A stretch of 64,000 bases of DNA from IMG/VR virus record IMGVR_UViG_3300045988_131014, positions 1 through 64,000 of that record, one strand, 5' to 3'. This DNA comes from a virus. Positions 1 to 9,236 of this stretch are shown here, piece by piece (the stretch's first letter is position 1; each line of letters opens with the position of its first letter). Both the position numbers and the translations under genes were made by a program. The notes beneath the pieces were generated by a model. That model saw nothing but the letters and a program-made list of their open reading frames with translations, ran no database searches and was not told the origin of the DNA.

Positions 1-69
1 GGAAATGACTCTTTCTTCCAATATTTACCAATCAGTCGCCAAACTGATCATAACTATATAGGGCGATAA

Positions 70-143
70 TATGGATAGCAGGACTTGAACCTACAACGTC
101 TAGTTCCCAAAACTAGTGGACTACCAAATTGTCCTATATCCAT
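70..143 (-). tRNA. tRNA-Pro (anticodon TGG), no encoded CCA
   Basis: Hand-folded cloverleaf on reverse strand: acceptor ATGGATA/TATCCAT, D stem GGAC/GTCC, anticodon stem CTAGT/ACTAG with loop TTTGGGA, T arm GTAGG-TTCAAGT-CCTGC. Confidence 0.85.
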
Positions 144-196
144 GTAATAATTTTAAAATTTCTTCACATACTAATCAAAAACCCAAGGAGTAACCA

Positions 197-865
197 ATGA
201 ACACATCATATAAAACAGCAATCAAATTCAAAGATTTATATATTCCCGTAAAAATGTTAAAAACATCACACAATAGTTCTATAGAACTTAATCAACTCTG
301 CAAAGACTCCAAAGAAAGAGTGCGTTATATCAAATTTTGTCCATCTTGTAATAAAGAAATCCACAATGAAGATATTGTAAAAGGATATAAATATGCAGAA
401 GATAAGTATGTTATTTTGGAACAACATGATATAGAATCAATTACATCAAACAAAGATAGAACACTTTCAATAAAATATTTCTGTAAATCAAAGGAAATAT
501 CAGACCTACTCATAGATAAATCATATTATTTAATTCCTGAAATGGAGTCAGAAATCGAATATGAACTTCTTCGTAAAGCTATGACTATGAATAGAGTAGT
601 AGGTATGGCTGAAATTGTATTAGGTACAAAACAAGAATTAGTTGCGTTGTTTGCCAATAAGAATTGTATTATTGCAACCATTTTATTTTATGAGAACGAG
701 ATTAACGAATTACCGATTATCATGAAGCATAAAACAGATAAACAGCAACTCGAAAATCTCAAACAAGATATCTTAGATAATACAAAAGAATTTGATTGGG
801 AATCTCATTATGATAAATATCAACTCAAGTTAAGAAAATTGATATTTGATAAAATTACAAAATGA
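197..865 (+). CDS. ku: Ku-family DNA end-binding protein
   Basis: Collinear with bacterial Ku: N-terminal KTAIKFKDLYIPVKM, RVRYIKFCPSCNKEI..EDIVKGYKY, KSYYLIPE, LLRKAM; SD AAGGAG upstream. Confidence 0.85.
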   Translation: MNTSYKTAIKFKDLYIPVKMLKTSHNSSIELNQLCKDSKERVRYIKFCPSCNKEIHNEDIVKGYKYAEDKYVILEQHDIESITSNKDRTLSIKYFCKSKEISDLLIDKSYYLIPEMESEIEYELLRKAMTMNRVVGMAEIVLGTKQELVALFANKNCIIATILFYENEINELPIIMKHKTDKQQLENLKQDILDNTKEFDWESHYDKYQLKLRKLIFDKITK

Positions 866-1056
866 TATTGCCTTTCTCATTCCATCCTCGAATGGCGAGC
901 TTTCATCTAAACTGCATAGGACGTATCCTATTGTTACAACAGTACCAGTCCGAAGACCGCAAAGGGCATAGGGCGGTAGTAAGTGTTGAACTTACACACT
1001 AAATTTCGTATGCATCCAAAAGATAAGCTTTCACATCAGGCTTACCGCATAAAAAA
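866..1056. ncRNA. Unassigned structured non-coding segment between ku and tRNA-Glu
   Basis: No credible ORF, visibly GC-richer than flanks. On the reverse strand: UUCG-capped hairpin (GGTCTTCGGACT) and a T-arm-like hairpin GTAAG-TTCAACA-CTTAC. Confidence 0.3.
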
Positions 1057-1127
1057 TAGGGCATAACGGACTCGAACCGATACTCATGGAATGAAAATCC
1101 ATTGTCTTACCTTTTGACTAATGCCCC
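1057..1127 (-). tRNA. tRNA-Glu (anticodon TTC), no encoded CCA
   Basis: Reverse strand GGGGCAT..ATGCCCT acceptor, anticodon stem ATGGA/TCCAT with loop TTTTCAT, T loop TTCGAGT. Confidence 0.85.
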
Positions 1128-1161
1128 ATATTTAGGGTGGAAGAGTACCACCCATTATTTT

Positions 1162-1638
1162 TTACAGAATAACTTCTGTTTCGCCTTCAAACTTAGTATT
1201 TAAAGCACGAATCTCAGCAAGCTTCTTACCGATTTCTTCCTGAATCTTAGTAGCGAAAAGTTCAACTTTTGCCTTGCCAAGTTTCTCAACACTATCAAAA
1301 GGTGCTTTGACTTCTGATTCTGGAATTTTTGTAACATCTACAGAGAATGTAATGTGAAGGTTTTCATCTACAACAAATGACTGGTTGATAATATCTTTTA
1401 ATTCAACAGAGATAATAGTTGAATCATCAACTTCACTATCAGTTGTAACTGGATCTCCATTAGAGTCAGCTTTCATATTAGATTTAAAGGATATTTTAGA
1501 ATATTCGATTGTTCTGACAAAATTATGTAACATATCTTTTTCAGTAGCAGCATCAGTATCAGATGTACCTAATTCTGCGACAGAAATATCTACACCAATA
1601 ATATTTTCATCAATAGTTTTGCTAATATTTAATTTCAT
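1162..1638 (-). CDS. hypothetical protein (acidic)
   Basis: 158-aa ORF, 4-nt overlap with the upstream gene, protein-like composition. Confidence 0.65.
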   Translation of the reverse strand: MKLNISKTIDENIIGVDISVAELGTSDTDAATEKDMLHNFVRTIEYSKISFKSNMKADSNGDPVTTDSEVDDSTIISVELKDIINQSFVVDENLHITFSVDVTKIPESEVKAPFDSVEKLGKAKVELFATKIQEEIGKKLAEIRALNTKFEGETEVIL

Positions 1639-1937
1639 GAATTTGTGCCCTCACTTTCGTTGTAAATAACTTGTCTGTAAGCATCTTTAATTGAAATAAA
1701 GAAATCTCGTAATACATCTTTATCAATCGAACAATCAAGATTTGATGTTTCAAATTTTGGATTATATACTGTAAAATCTAATGTTCCATTATCCCTAGGT
1801 ACAAATAAAATTTCTACATTGTTATTTAACTGTAATGTAATTGAATCTATTTTCTCACCATTACTAGAAGTAACTTTTCGTACTTGTCCGACCTTTAACG
1901 GGGTTTGTTCAATTACAAGTCTATTTGCCATATACAT
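1635..1937 (-). CDS. hypothetical protein
   Basis: The track ORF 1635..2036 runs into tRNA-Met. The SD-preceded start (AAAGGAG..ATGTATATGGCA) gives a product of about 100 aa. Confidence 0.6.
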   Translation of the reverse strand: MYMANRLVIEQTPLKVGQVRKVTSSNGEKIDSITLQLNNNVEILFVPRDNGTLDFTVYNPKFETSNLDCSIDKDVLRDFFISIKDAYRQVIYNESEGTNS

Positions 1938-1979
1938 ACTCCTTTCTTTTATTTTTCGTTTTCCTTTTAATCGTTTAGT

Positions 1980-2051
1980 TGCGGAAACAGGACTCGAACC
2001 TGCATATTCTTGGTTATGAGCCAAGTGAGCTTCCATTACTCGTCATTCCGC
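1980..2051 (-). tRNA. tRNA-Met family (anticodon CAT), no encoded CCA
   Basis: Reverse strand GCGGAA../..TTCCGC acceptor, anticodon stem CTTGG/CCAAG with loop CTCATAA, T arm GCAGG-TTCGAGT-CCTGT. Confidence 0.8.
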
Positions 2052-3050
2052 TATGATAATAGGAGAGGAGCGACCTCTCCATATTATATGTAGATTGGTA
2101 AGATCTACTGCCGATTGATTACCAGTCAACCGACAAAGAGAACATTGAAAATTCTCTGATATGTTACTTATATATTCTCCATATATTTTCAGTCTTCGGA
2201 GTAAAGACCAATTGATAAGGTTTCATATCTCTTACCAGTTAATTAAGGTTCTCATTAACGCAGAGAAGCACGAACATTTTCTCATTTCTGAAGGCTGAGA
2301 GAAACCGATGATCCGAGATGTTGGTAGGAGAGATATAGGTCTTACAATACTACATGAATAGCAAATGCCAAGATATGTTAATCGTCTACTAAGCCAAGAC
2401 CTCTCCATAACACCGCCAATGAGCAGTAAGCAGTGGGAAGTTTTAGACCATTCCAAAGGTCAATAATTTCGCAAACCGACCTTTATATTTATGTCACATA
2501 TCGGTCAGTGACAGCTCATTTGTAAAAAATGAACAATACCTAATATTATTCTGCTATGTTAGTTATACGATTTTTTCAGGCTTCGCAACCTCTACATAAT
2601 ACGATTTTGGTGAGATTCGTAACTCGATAATTAATGTAAAAGTCTGTCGATTTGTTGACAGACCGCCCTCACTTACTTTGGATGTGAGCAGCTTTGTTAT
2701 TCTGAATTGTTTAATTCATGATTCGTTCTATGTATTTATTCTCTACATTGTCGTCACCTTTTTATATATGCCTTTCGTGCCTGTTTATAAGGGCTTTATT
2801 GGGATAATACAGTGCTATCGGTCTGTTAGTCCGTCTGATTTTCACAGAGCCTTGGTGAGTGCGTAACTCAGAGCATTCGGCTTATAATTATTTATTCTCT
2901 GCTAAATGGAATATTTTGACATGAATTGTCGTAGATGATATAATACTTCATAAGGTGCTACTAAAAACGGTAGGACGGTTCTCTCCAATCTGGGAGTACA
3001 AGCCCAGTCTACATAGATGGTAATTGTGCCGTAGTTCAGAAAGGAGATTT
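2052..3050. ncRNA. About 1 kb non-coding, hairpin-rich region next to tRNA-Met (candidate large structured RNA(s))
   Basis: Only short, non-protein-like ORFs and a less AT-rich composition. Many stable hairpins, e.g. GGAGAGG-agcga-CCTCTCC at 2062 and GTCTGTC..GACAGAC at 2643. Reverse-strand AGAGAATAAA motifs at 2735 and 2891. Confidence 0.35.
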
Positions 3051-3055
3051 TGCAA

Positions 3056-3154
3056 ATGGTAACTTTGTCATACGAGGCATTGATTGCACTTGTCGCATTA
3101 TGCGGTGGTGCAGGATATATGCTCGGTAGAGATATACAAAAAGCAAAAAAGTAA
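3056..3154 (+). CDS. 32-aa hydrophobic peptide, type I toxin-like / holin-like small membrane peptide
   Basis: SD GAAAGGAG 9 nt upstream. MVTLSYEALIALVALCGGAGYMLGRDIQKAKK has one TM segment and a lysine tail, and is followed directly by a terminator. Confidence 0.45.
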   Translation: MVTLSYEALIALVALCGGAGYMLGRDIQKAKK

Positions 3155-3190
3155 TCGTCCACTGCCAATGGAATAACGATTACTTTTGCT
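3151..3190 (+). terminator. Rho-independent terminator
   Basis: GTAATCGT..ACGATTAC stem followed by TTTTGCTT. Confidence 0.6.
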
Positions 3191-3390
3191 TAGTCAAAAT
3201 AATTTATTAATTTCAGAGCAACCGTCTTGCTTCACGGTGGCATCTTTTTTGAATTATCTTTAATTCCTTTGTATTGTAACACATAAAACTGTGTGGTGCA
3301 AGAGGGAAGTTGATGAAGTGTTAGACGAAAGCTTTATCGGCATCTTCAGTATCTTCACGAATTACATACATCTGAGTGGTTTCGGAATGA

Positions 3391-4437
3391 TTATTTAGTC
3401 TCTTCGTCAGCAACATCAGAATTTTTACTTCTTAAAGCATTGATTTTGTTCATAACTTCTGCTTTAGTTTGTTTCCTGCAATAGAACTCCCTAGTGGTTT
3501 CAGTCGAACGGTGATTGGCAAGCTCGGCTGCTAATGCTAAATCACCAGTTTCTTCATATACAAGATTTAGCCTAGTCTTACGCTGGCAATGAGGTCTATA
3601 GTCAGAAATTCCAATAATTTCGCCATATTTCTTCATTCTATCTCTAATTGCACTGTCACCCATAGGTTTATATTCTCCATTGTATTTTGTAATTAACAAT
3701 GAATCACATTCCAAGTGGTCATAATCATTCTTTCGCATTTCAAGCCATTCTTGAATAAGTTCTTTTGCAACATCCCCAAAAACCACCTGTGTACGGTATC
3801 CTTCCTTCTCCCTTATATCTACGAACATGTTATTCTCTAAATCAAGTTTAGATAGTTGCAACCTTAACAACGCACCAATTCTATTTGCTGAGTCAAAACT
3901 TACCTCAAATAAAATTTGATCCTGAATTGAATACTTATCATTTTCAGATAATTCTCTACGGATTGTCTGAACTTGTTCTTCTGTAAGGAAGTAAGAGTTC
4001 AAAATATGTTCCTCATTAGCTTTCTTCATTCTATCAAGTTTACCGTCAAAAGGATGATACTTAACGAAACCACGCTTCATAGACCAAATATAGAATGAAC
4101 TAACAGCAGAGATTTTCATGTTGATAATCTTTTTATGATTCAGAAGTGTTTCTTGACAGAACATAATATAGTTCTCCATAATATCAACGGCATTCTCCAT
4201 AAACTCATCTGAATATAAATCTAAATCACCATAGTTTTCGCCTAACCACATAAGAAAATGACGAAATAATCCTTCATATCTTTTATATGTAGTGTCTTTA
4301 ACATCCTGATTTTTAATAATATTTGATTGTAGATATTTCTTATATTTCTTCAAGTTATCAGGATTTATGAATTTCTCCTTATCCTTGGTAAAATATTTTA
4401 CCCTTGTTACATGTGCCACTAAATCACTTCCTTTCAT
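3391..4437 (-). CDS. tyrosine recombinase / phage integrase family
   Basis: C-terminal catalytic signature RPHCQRKT (HxxR) and HRSTETTREFY (His..Tyr); N-terminal SAM-like core-binding region. Confidence 0.85.
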   Translation of the reverse strand: MKGSDLVAHVTRVKYFTKDKEKFINPDNLKKYKKYLQSNIIKNQDVKDTTYKRYEGLFRHFLMWLGENYGDLDLYSDEFMENAVDIMENYIMFCQETLLNHKKIINMKISAVSSFYIWSMKRGFVKYHPFDGKLDRMKKANEEHILNSYFLTEEQVQTIRRELSENDKYSIQDQILFEVSFDSANRIGALLRLQLSKLDLENNMFVDIREKEGYRTQVVFGDVAKELIQEWLEMRKNDYDHLECDSLLITKYNGEYKPMGDSAIRDRMKKYGEIIGISDYRPHCQRKTRLNLVYEETGDLALAAELANHRSTETTREFYCRKQTKAEVMNKINALRSKNSDVADEETK

Positions 4438-4473
4438 AACAAAGGAAGCAGTAGTATTATTAACTAACTGCTT

Positions 4474-5874
4474 CTAAGCGACATTTTCTATATTTAAAAA
4501 ATCAAATATTTCTTCCATAGTTTTTGTTCTTAAATCATCTCTTTTAATAATCTTATAATTTAAATGATTTTCCTTAAACAATTTTTCTTTATATCTTATC
4601 TTGAAAAAATATATCTGTTCTTCACGACTTCTAAGTTTAGAAAAATCATATGTATTTATAAAACCAGCCATTTCAACATACCAAACAGTTCCATCTGTAA
4701 GAGTAAATCTATAATCACAATTCATTTTCCCTTTATAATTAGTAGTGAAATCTACATAAGGTATATCTCTATCATATTTTATACCTTTAGATTTTAACCA
4801 TGTGGATATATCATATTCGCAACTACTGTCACATCTTTCACCATCATCCATATAAAACTCTGGTCTTCTACAATTCGGTTTAAATCCATAATGAATACAA
4901 GTTTCAGCCCAACTTCCAAATCTTTGTTGATAAACCCAAAATGAAGGTCTTCCAGTTTTATTAAAATCCTGTATTGTTGGGACTCTATCATATTCGTTAA
5001 CAAAATCCATAAATGCTTTATCTAACTCAGATTCTTTATATTCAGCTTTCTGATTTATTTTAAGACCAAGTGATTCTAAACAATTATTATATCCACCAAA
5101 ATATTTTTTGAAATAATTTTTAAGTTCAGTTCCATAATATTTATTTATATCACGTATTCCAGGAATTTTATTATATTTTTCAATGTATTCAAATATTATA
5201 TTCTGAAGGAATTCCGCATTATCATGCTTTAATACATAATCATCATTTTCATTTAAAACATAATTTTTTGCATATTCTTTTTCATCAAATCCACACTCAT
5301 GTAAAACATTTTTTCAACTACCAAATTTGTTATTATATGTCTTTCTATTTGGCATACCGTATTCTTTGCCATGAGTATCAATAAATTTAGCACTTGGGAT
5401 AAACCCATTTTCACTTACAAAATTTTTGACTGCTTCAATTAACTCTTCCTTAGAATATGAATGACCTCTATATGTACCAGTTTCTTCAAATCCTAATTCC
5501 TTGTTCATTTTATTAAAACTGCCAAAATAATATAGTATGTCACTTTTTTTAACCTGTTTATTATTTTCAAAATCAGAAAGTTTAATGTTTCTTCCCAATT
5601 GTTCTCTTAATTTAATTGCATATTCACATACTTGTTCTTTAGTAGGACGTTCTCTATAATATGCTTCTTCTCCAAGATATTTTAGAAAATCTGAAAACGT
5701 ACTTATATTCAAATCATCTGGTGCATTTCCAGGATACCAACTCCAACATTTTAATCCCATAAATCCATACTTTAACATTGTACAAGTAATTGTTTTTTCT
5801 AATTGTTTGCAAGCAGATTTATATTTTTCTACTTCGTCATACCATATTTTTTCATCGACTTTGTTTCTTCTCAT
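4474..5874 (-). CDS. homing-endonuclease-like protein with four FGSW-type repeats and a C-terminal nuclease-like domain, interrupted by one in-frame TGA (5314..5316)
   Basis: Track ORFs 5314..5874 and 4474..5010 are in the same frame. The 303 nt between them has no stop. The TGA falls at the Trp position of the repeat (FGS*KNVLHECGF vs FGSWAETCIHYGF). Confidence 0.7.
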
Positions 5875-6182
5875 AAATTTTTCCTACACTTTCCCCTACA
5901 CATACAATAAAAATAGAACAGTAGGAGAGGTGTGTAGGTTGCCACATATACTTGGTAGCTACTCCAAGTATCTACTGTTCCATAAATCCCACAATCAGCT
6001 ATGACACCAATCATGAGCACATATATTTATTCTCTGTTTCCATATAAAATTCGTTGCCGATTTAACATCTCCCAATCCGTATATAAAAACATTGAAAAGT
6101 CCTTCCACTTGGTAATGCTCCAAGCCGATCCGAAGACGACAGATTTACAGTCTGCCCCACATCTTTAGTGGTCTATGAGAGG

Positions 6183-6217
6183 ATACAAAAAGAGTGTGTA
6201 GCATACACCACACACTC
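6183..6217 (-). terminator. Rho-independent terminator after gene 6225..6893
   Basis: GAGTGTGT..ACACACTC stem, followed on the reverse strand by TTTTTGTAT. Confidence 0.6.
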
Positions 6218-6224
6218 TAAATAT

Positions 6225-6893
6225 TTAAAAAATAAAATCAAGCAAATCAAATAATCTTCCAACCGAATTATATTCGTCAAAATCACTTAAATCAATCGGC
6301 TTACTAGAATAAAATTCATGCTTTTCATATCCATTAACATCACTTTTAACAGAAGTAAATCCGTGAATATTTCCGTTTTCATCTTTATCAAATGTAATAT
6401 TTTTATGAGAATCATCACTTACGTCACTGCAACTGCAATTCTTACAATTACAATCATCGTCTACAGCGTCAGCGTCATCACCAATGTTGAATTCGTGAAT
6501 AATGCATCCAGAATCTTTATTGTCCATAACAAAAGCTGAACTCACATCTCCATGAATAAATACAATGTCTGTCTCATCCATATTGATATAAGTATCACTT
6601 CCCTCATACTTGGCAGCCTGAACATATACATTCATTTCAGGATCAATACTAAGAATAAATGCATCATCATAACCATCCCAATAAGGATCATTCAAATCGT
6701 TACAAGAAGCAAGTTTAAAATTCGTATTTTTAATAACAGAATTAAGAACATCTTTCATCACATCATACTTAGCCACAACTACAATTTCTGAACAATCATC
6801 GTCATAATCTCTTGTACAAACATCCAGCTTGTCAAAAGTATCTGCTAAAAATTCAGCAAAATCATTTGTATCTGTAAAACCAAATGTTTTCAA
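6225..6893 (-). CDS. hypothetical highly acidic, Cys-containing protein
   Basis: 222-aa ORF, very D/E-rich (DDADAVDDDCNCKNCSCSDVSDD). Confidence 0.65.
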   Translation of the reverse strand: MKTFGFTDTNDFAEFLADTFDKLDVCTRDYDDDCSEIVVVAKYDVMKDVLNSVIKNTNFKLASCNDLNDPYWDGYDDAFILSIDPEMNVYVQAAKYEGSDTYINMDETDIVFIHGDVSSAFVMDNKDSGCIIHEFNIGDDADAVDDDCNCKNCSCSDVSDDSHKNITFDKDENGNIHGFTSVKSDVNGYEKHEFYSSKPIDLSDFDEYNSVGRLFDLLDFIF

Positions 6894-6914
6894 TATATTT
6901 TCACCACCTTAGAA

Positions 6915-7199
6915 TTAGAGCTGTTTTGCAGACTTTGACATCTTAAAGTAAATCTCATCATGCTGTGGAGTTACATACTCCTCACCTTTGCGATTGCCCA
7001 TCATAATTTTTCCTCTACGCTCTGGAACTTCTTTAACCTTAAACTTTCCAAGTTTACCAACTGCGACTGATTCTGCGAGGTTTGCTGTTAATGTCTCTGT
7101 AATTACATCTGCAAATGCATCAAGAATAACTGCTATGTCCTTCTGTGAAGCTCCTTCAACCTTGTTTGATACTGCCTTTAATACTTCGTTCTTTGTCAT
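6915..7199 (-). CDS. HU/IHF-family DNA-binding protein
   Basis: MTKNEVLKAVS..SQKDIAVILDAFADVITETL..GKLGKFKVKEVPERRG..P is the typical HU fold signature; 94 aa. Confidence 0.85.
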   Translation of the reverse strand: MTKNEVLKAVSNKVEGASQKDIAVILDAFADVITETLTANLAESVAVGKLGKFKVKEVPERRGKIMMGNRKGEEYVTPQHDEIYFKMSKSAKQL

Positions 7200-7370
7200 T
7201 TTAATTTTCTCCTTTTTCTCAATTATTTATTTTTAATGCAAAAGAGGGTAGCGTCTCATTTAAGTACACTCCCTCTGATACATACAATTGTGACAGTAAC
7301 ATCACAATTTCCATACAATCGGACTAATTAAAAATAGAAAATTAGCCCAATTTTCATAGTTACTTATGCA

Positions 7371-7401
7371 TAATATAAAAACCAAGTCACTCGTACTTGG
7401 T
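7371..7401 (-). terminator. Rho-independent terminator after metallophosphoesterase gene
   Basis: ACCAAGT..ACTTGGT stem directly after the stop, then TTTTATATT on the reverse strand. Confidence 0.6.
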
Positions 7402-8397
7402 CTACTTTGTCATGAAATTAGTAATAATTCTTGTCTTGGAATCAATAATGTCACCATTTGAATCCAATGCAAGATACATAAACCCGTTCTGATTTGGAAT
7501 TATAAGTTTACCGTTGTTATAATCCAGCTTATCCAAATCACACACACAACCTTGCTCATACATTTTTATTCCACCTTGAGTAGAACTTCCTACTTTATGG
7601 GTATGAGCCATTACGATTCCAGTAAATGTGCGATCTACACGCAAGAAATAATTGACTGCCTTTTCTGTTGTTTTTAACATACCAGATGAATAATTTAATG
7701 GGTGACAGAAAATTACATTACCTTCTTTTATCCACCATTCTTTATCATAAACGATTTCAATATTTGAATCTTCAAACACTTCACGAATAGAAGAGTATTG
7801 TGTCTGGGTTTTATTTCTTTCATCATTAACTTTGAATCCATCGTCTACAATCATTCCTAGCGGATCTGTTGGGATGATGCCAAGTAATTCGTTTGATAAT
7901 CTATCAGAACAGTATCTTTGCATACGGTATTCATGATTTCCCATCACAAACATTACCTTTTTAGGTGTAGTCAGATTGATTAAATCAATAATATACTGTC
8001 TTCCTAAAACAAGTTCTTCATCAAGATTTACTTTGAATTTTTTAGGAAATGCAGAACATGAAAAACAATCCAATAAATCACCATTGACTATTAAAGTGTC
8101 TACAATTCCCTTATAACCTGAAAAAATATCAATAGGTAAATTAAACGGAATATGAACATCTGACACACATAAAATTCTTTCAGATGCACCCTCACAGTTG
8201 TGAATATAATTATCATACTCTTCATATCCAACAGCCTGTTTTCTAAGCTGATCTGGTGTAATGTTCAATCCAAGCATATCTCGAATTTCAATCCAATCCA
8301 TATCTGTCTCTTTACGTTTCTTTGCAAGGCAACATCTTAATTTCCATTCAAAATCTGTTTCATTTTCCAATCTATGTAAGTCGATTATAACATCCAC
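7402..8397 (-). CDS. calcineurin-like metallophosphoesterase
   Basis: Motifs SDVHIPF, NGDLLD, GNHEYR, MAHTHK in canonical order. Confidence 0.8.
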   Translation of the reverse strand: MDVIIDLHRLENETDFEWKLRCCLAKKRKETDMDWIEIRDMLGLNITPDQLRKQAVGYEEYDNYIHNCEGASERILCVSDVHIPFNLPIDIFSGYKGIVDTLIVNGDLLDCFSCSAFPKKFKVNLDEELVLGRQYIIDLINLTTPKKVMFVMGNHEYRMQRYCSDRLSNELLGIIPTDPLGMIVDDGFKVNDERNKTQTQYSSIREVFEDSNIEIVYDKEWWIKEGNVIFCHPLNYSSGMLKTTEKAVNYFLRVDRTFTGIVMAHTHKVGSSTQGGIKMYEQGCVCDLDKLDYNNGKLIIPNQNGFMYLALDSNGDIIDSKTRIITNFMTK

Positions 8398-8404
8398 CTA
8401 CTCT

Positions 8405-8614
8405 CTATTCAGCAGATTCAGACTCTTCATCTGAAATCTCAATACTGATTTTAATATCAAAGATAGTTGTACCTTCTGGTAATTTCTCTGCAATACGATC
8501 TACAATAGAACCTTCATCGTCAACGAAAGTTCCATTTTCAATTCTTACTCCACTCGCTGTAATATTCTTTTTAGCCGCACTAACAGTTGCTTTCTTAATT
8601 TTACTATCTACCAT
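8405..8614 (-). CDS. hypothetical protein
   Basis: 69-aa ORF packed between same-strand genes. Confidence 0.55.
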   Translation of the reverse strand: MVDSKIKKATVSAAKKNITASGVRIENGTFVDDEGSIVDRIAEKLPEGTTIFDIKISIEISDEESESAE

Positions 8615-8637
8615 AATCCTTTAAATCCTCCATAAAA

Positions 8638-8949
8638 TTAAAAAATCCCACCAGAACGTTTTCTGCCAGGATTGTAATACATTTGTTTACTTTTATTCTG
8701 TTTCACTTTGATATACTCACGAATCTTCCTAATATAATTTTCATCATAGCTCAAACGAATATGCGACTCCAAATAATAACACCCACAACGAGTAGGAATT
8801 TTATTAGATAACACATTATCTATAAGCTTATATGATGGATTAAGATTTGAGAGATGAGTATGTTTTTCTGTATCTTCTTGTCTACAGATACGGTAGCCAT
8901 TTTCAGTCTTGTCAATATAAAATCCTTTATACTCAATTCGATTTTTCAT
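8638..8949 (-). CDS. hypothetical protein
   Basis: 103-aa ORF, same-strand operon packing. Confidence 0.6.
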   Translation of the reverse strand: MKNRIEYKGFYIDKTENGYRICRQEDTEKHTHLSNLNPSYKLIDNVLSNKIPTRCGCYYLESHIRLSYDENYIRKIREYIKVKQNKSKQMYYNPGRKRSGGIF

Positions 8950-8958
8950 AAGCAGAAC

Positions 8959-9123
8959 CTACTTGACGTATTTATCTTCAATGTAACGCTTTCCACCACA
9001 AGTCTTGTAATATCCAATATGTTCGCCTCTGCGATCTACATATCCTCGTCTTGTGTTTCTAATTACACCTTCGGATAATAATTTTTCAATTTCATTTTTT
9101 GAAATGTACTTAATAATTTTCAC
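8959..9123 (-). CDS. hypothetical small protein (GTG start)
   Basis: 54-codon ORF VKIIKYISKNEIEKLLSEGVIRNTRRGYVDRRGEH.. fills the gap between the tRNA and gene 8638..8949; weak SD. Confidence 0.4.
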   Translation of the reverse strand: MKIIKYISKNEIEKLLSEGVIRNTRRGYVDRRGEHIGYYKTCGGKRYIEDKYVK

Positions 9124-9161
9124 TTCTTTCTTGATTTATTTCCTACAAAGTATGATAGTAG

Positions 9162-9236
9162 TTGGAAATGTAGGATTTGAACCCACGACCTCCTGAACCC
9201 AAATCAGGCGTTCTAACTAAACTGAACTAATTCCCA
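9162..9236 (-). tRNA. second, divergent tRNA-Pro (anticodon TGG), no encoded CCA
   Basis: Reverse strand TGGGAAT/ATTTCCA acceptor, D arm TAGTTCAGTTTAGTTAGAAC, anticodon stem CCTGA/TCAGG with loop TTTGGGT, T arm GTGGG-TTCAAAT-CCTAC. Confidence 0.8.

Noticed and set aside
963-1040. 78-nt reverse-strand segment with acceptor-like TGCGGTA/TACCGCC and T-arm GTAAG-TTCAACA-CTTAC as an additional tRNA
   Set aside because: I could not fold a D arm or any 5-bp anticodon stem with a 7-nt loop. At best it is a tRNA remnant.
2232-3168. Track ORFs 2232..2456(-), 2678..2866(+), 2902..3168(-) as genes
   Set aside because: Their composition is not protein-like (Cys, Ser and Leu-rich, low complexity). They have no SD and lie in a hairpin-dense non-coding region. 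ORF 2902..3168 is antisense to the SD-preceded 32-aa peptide.
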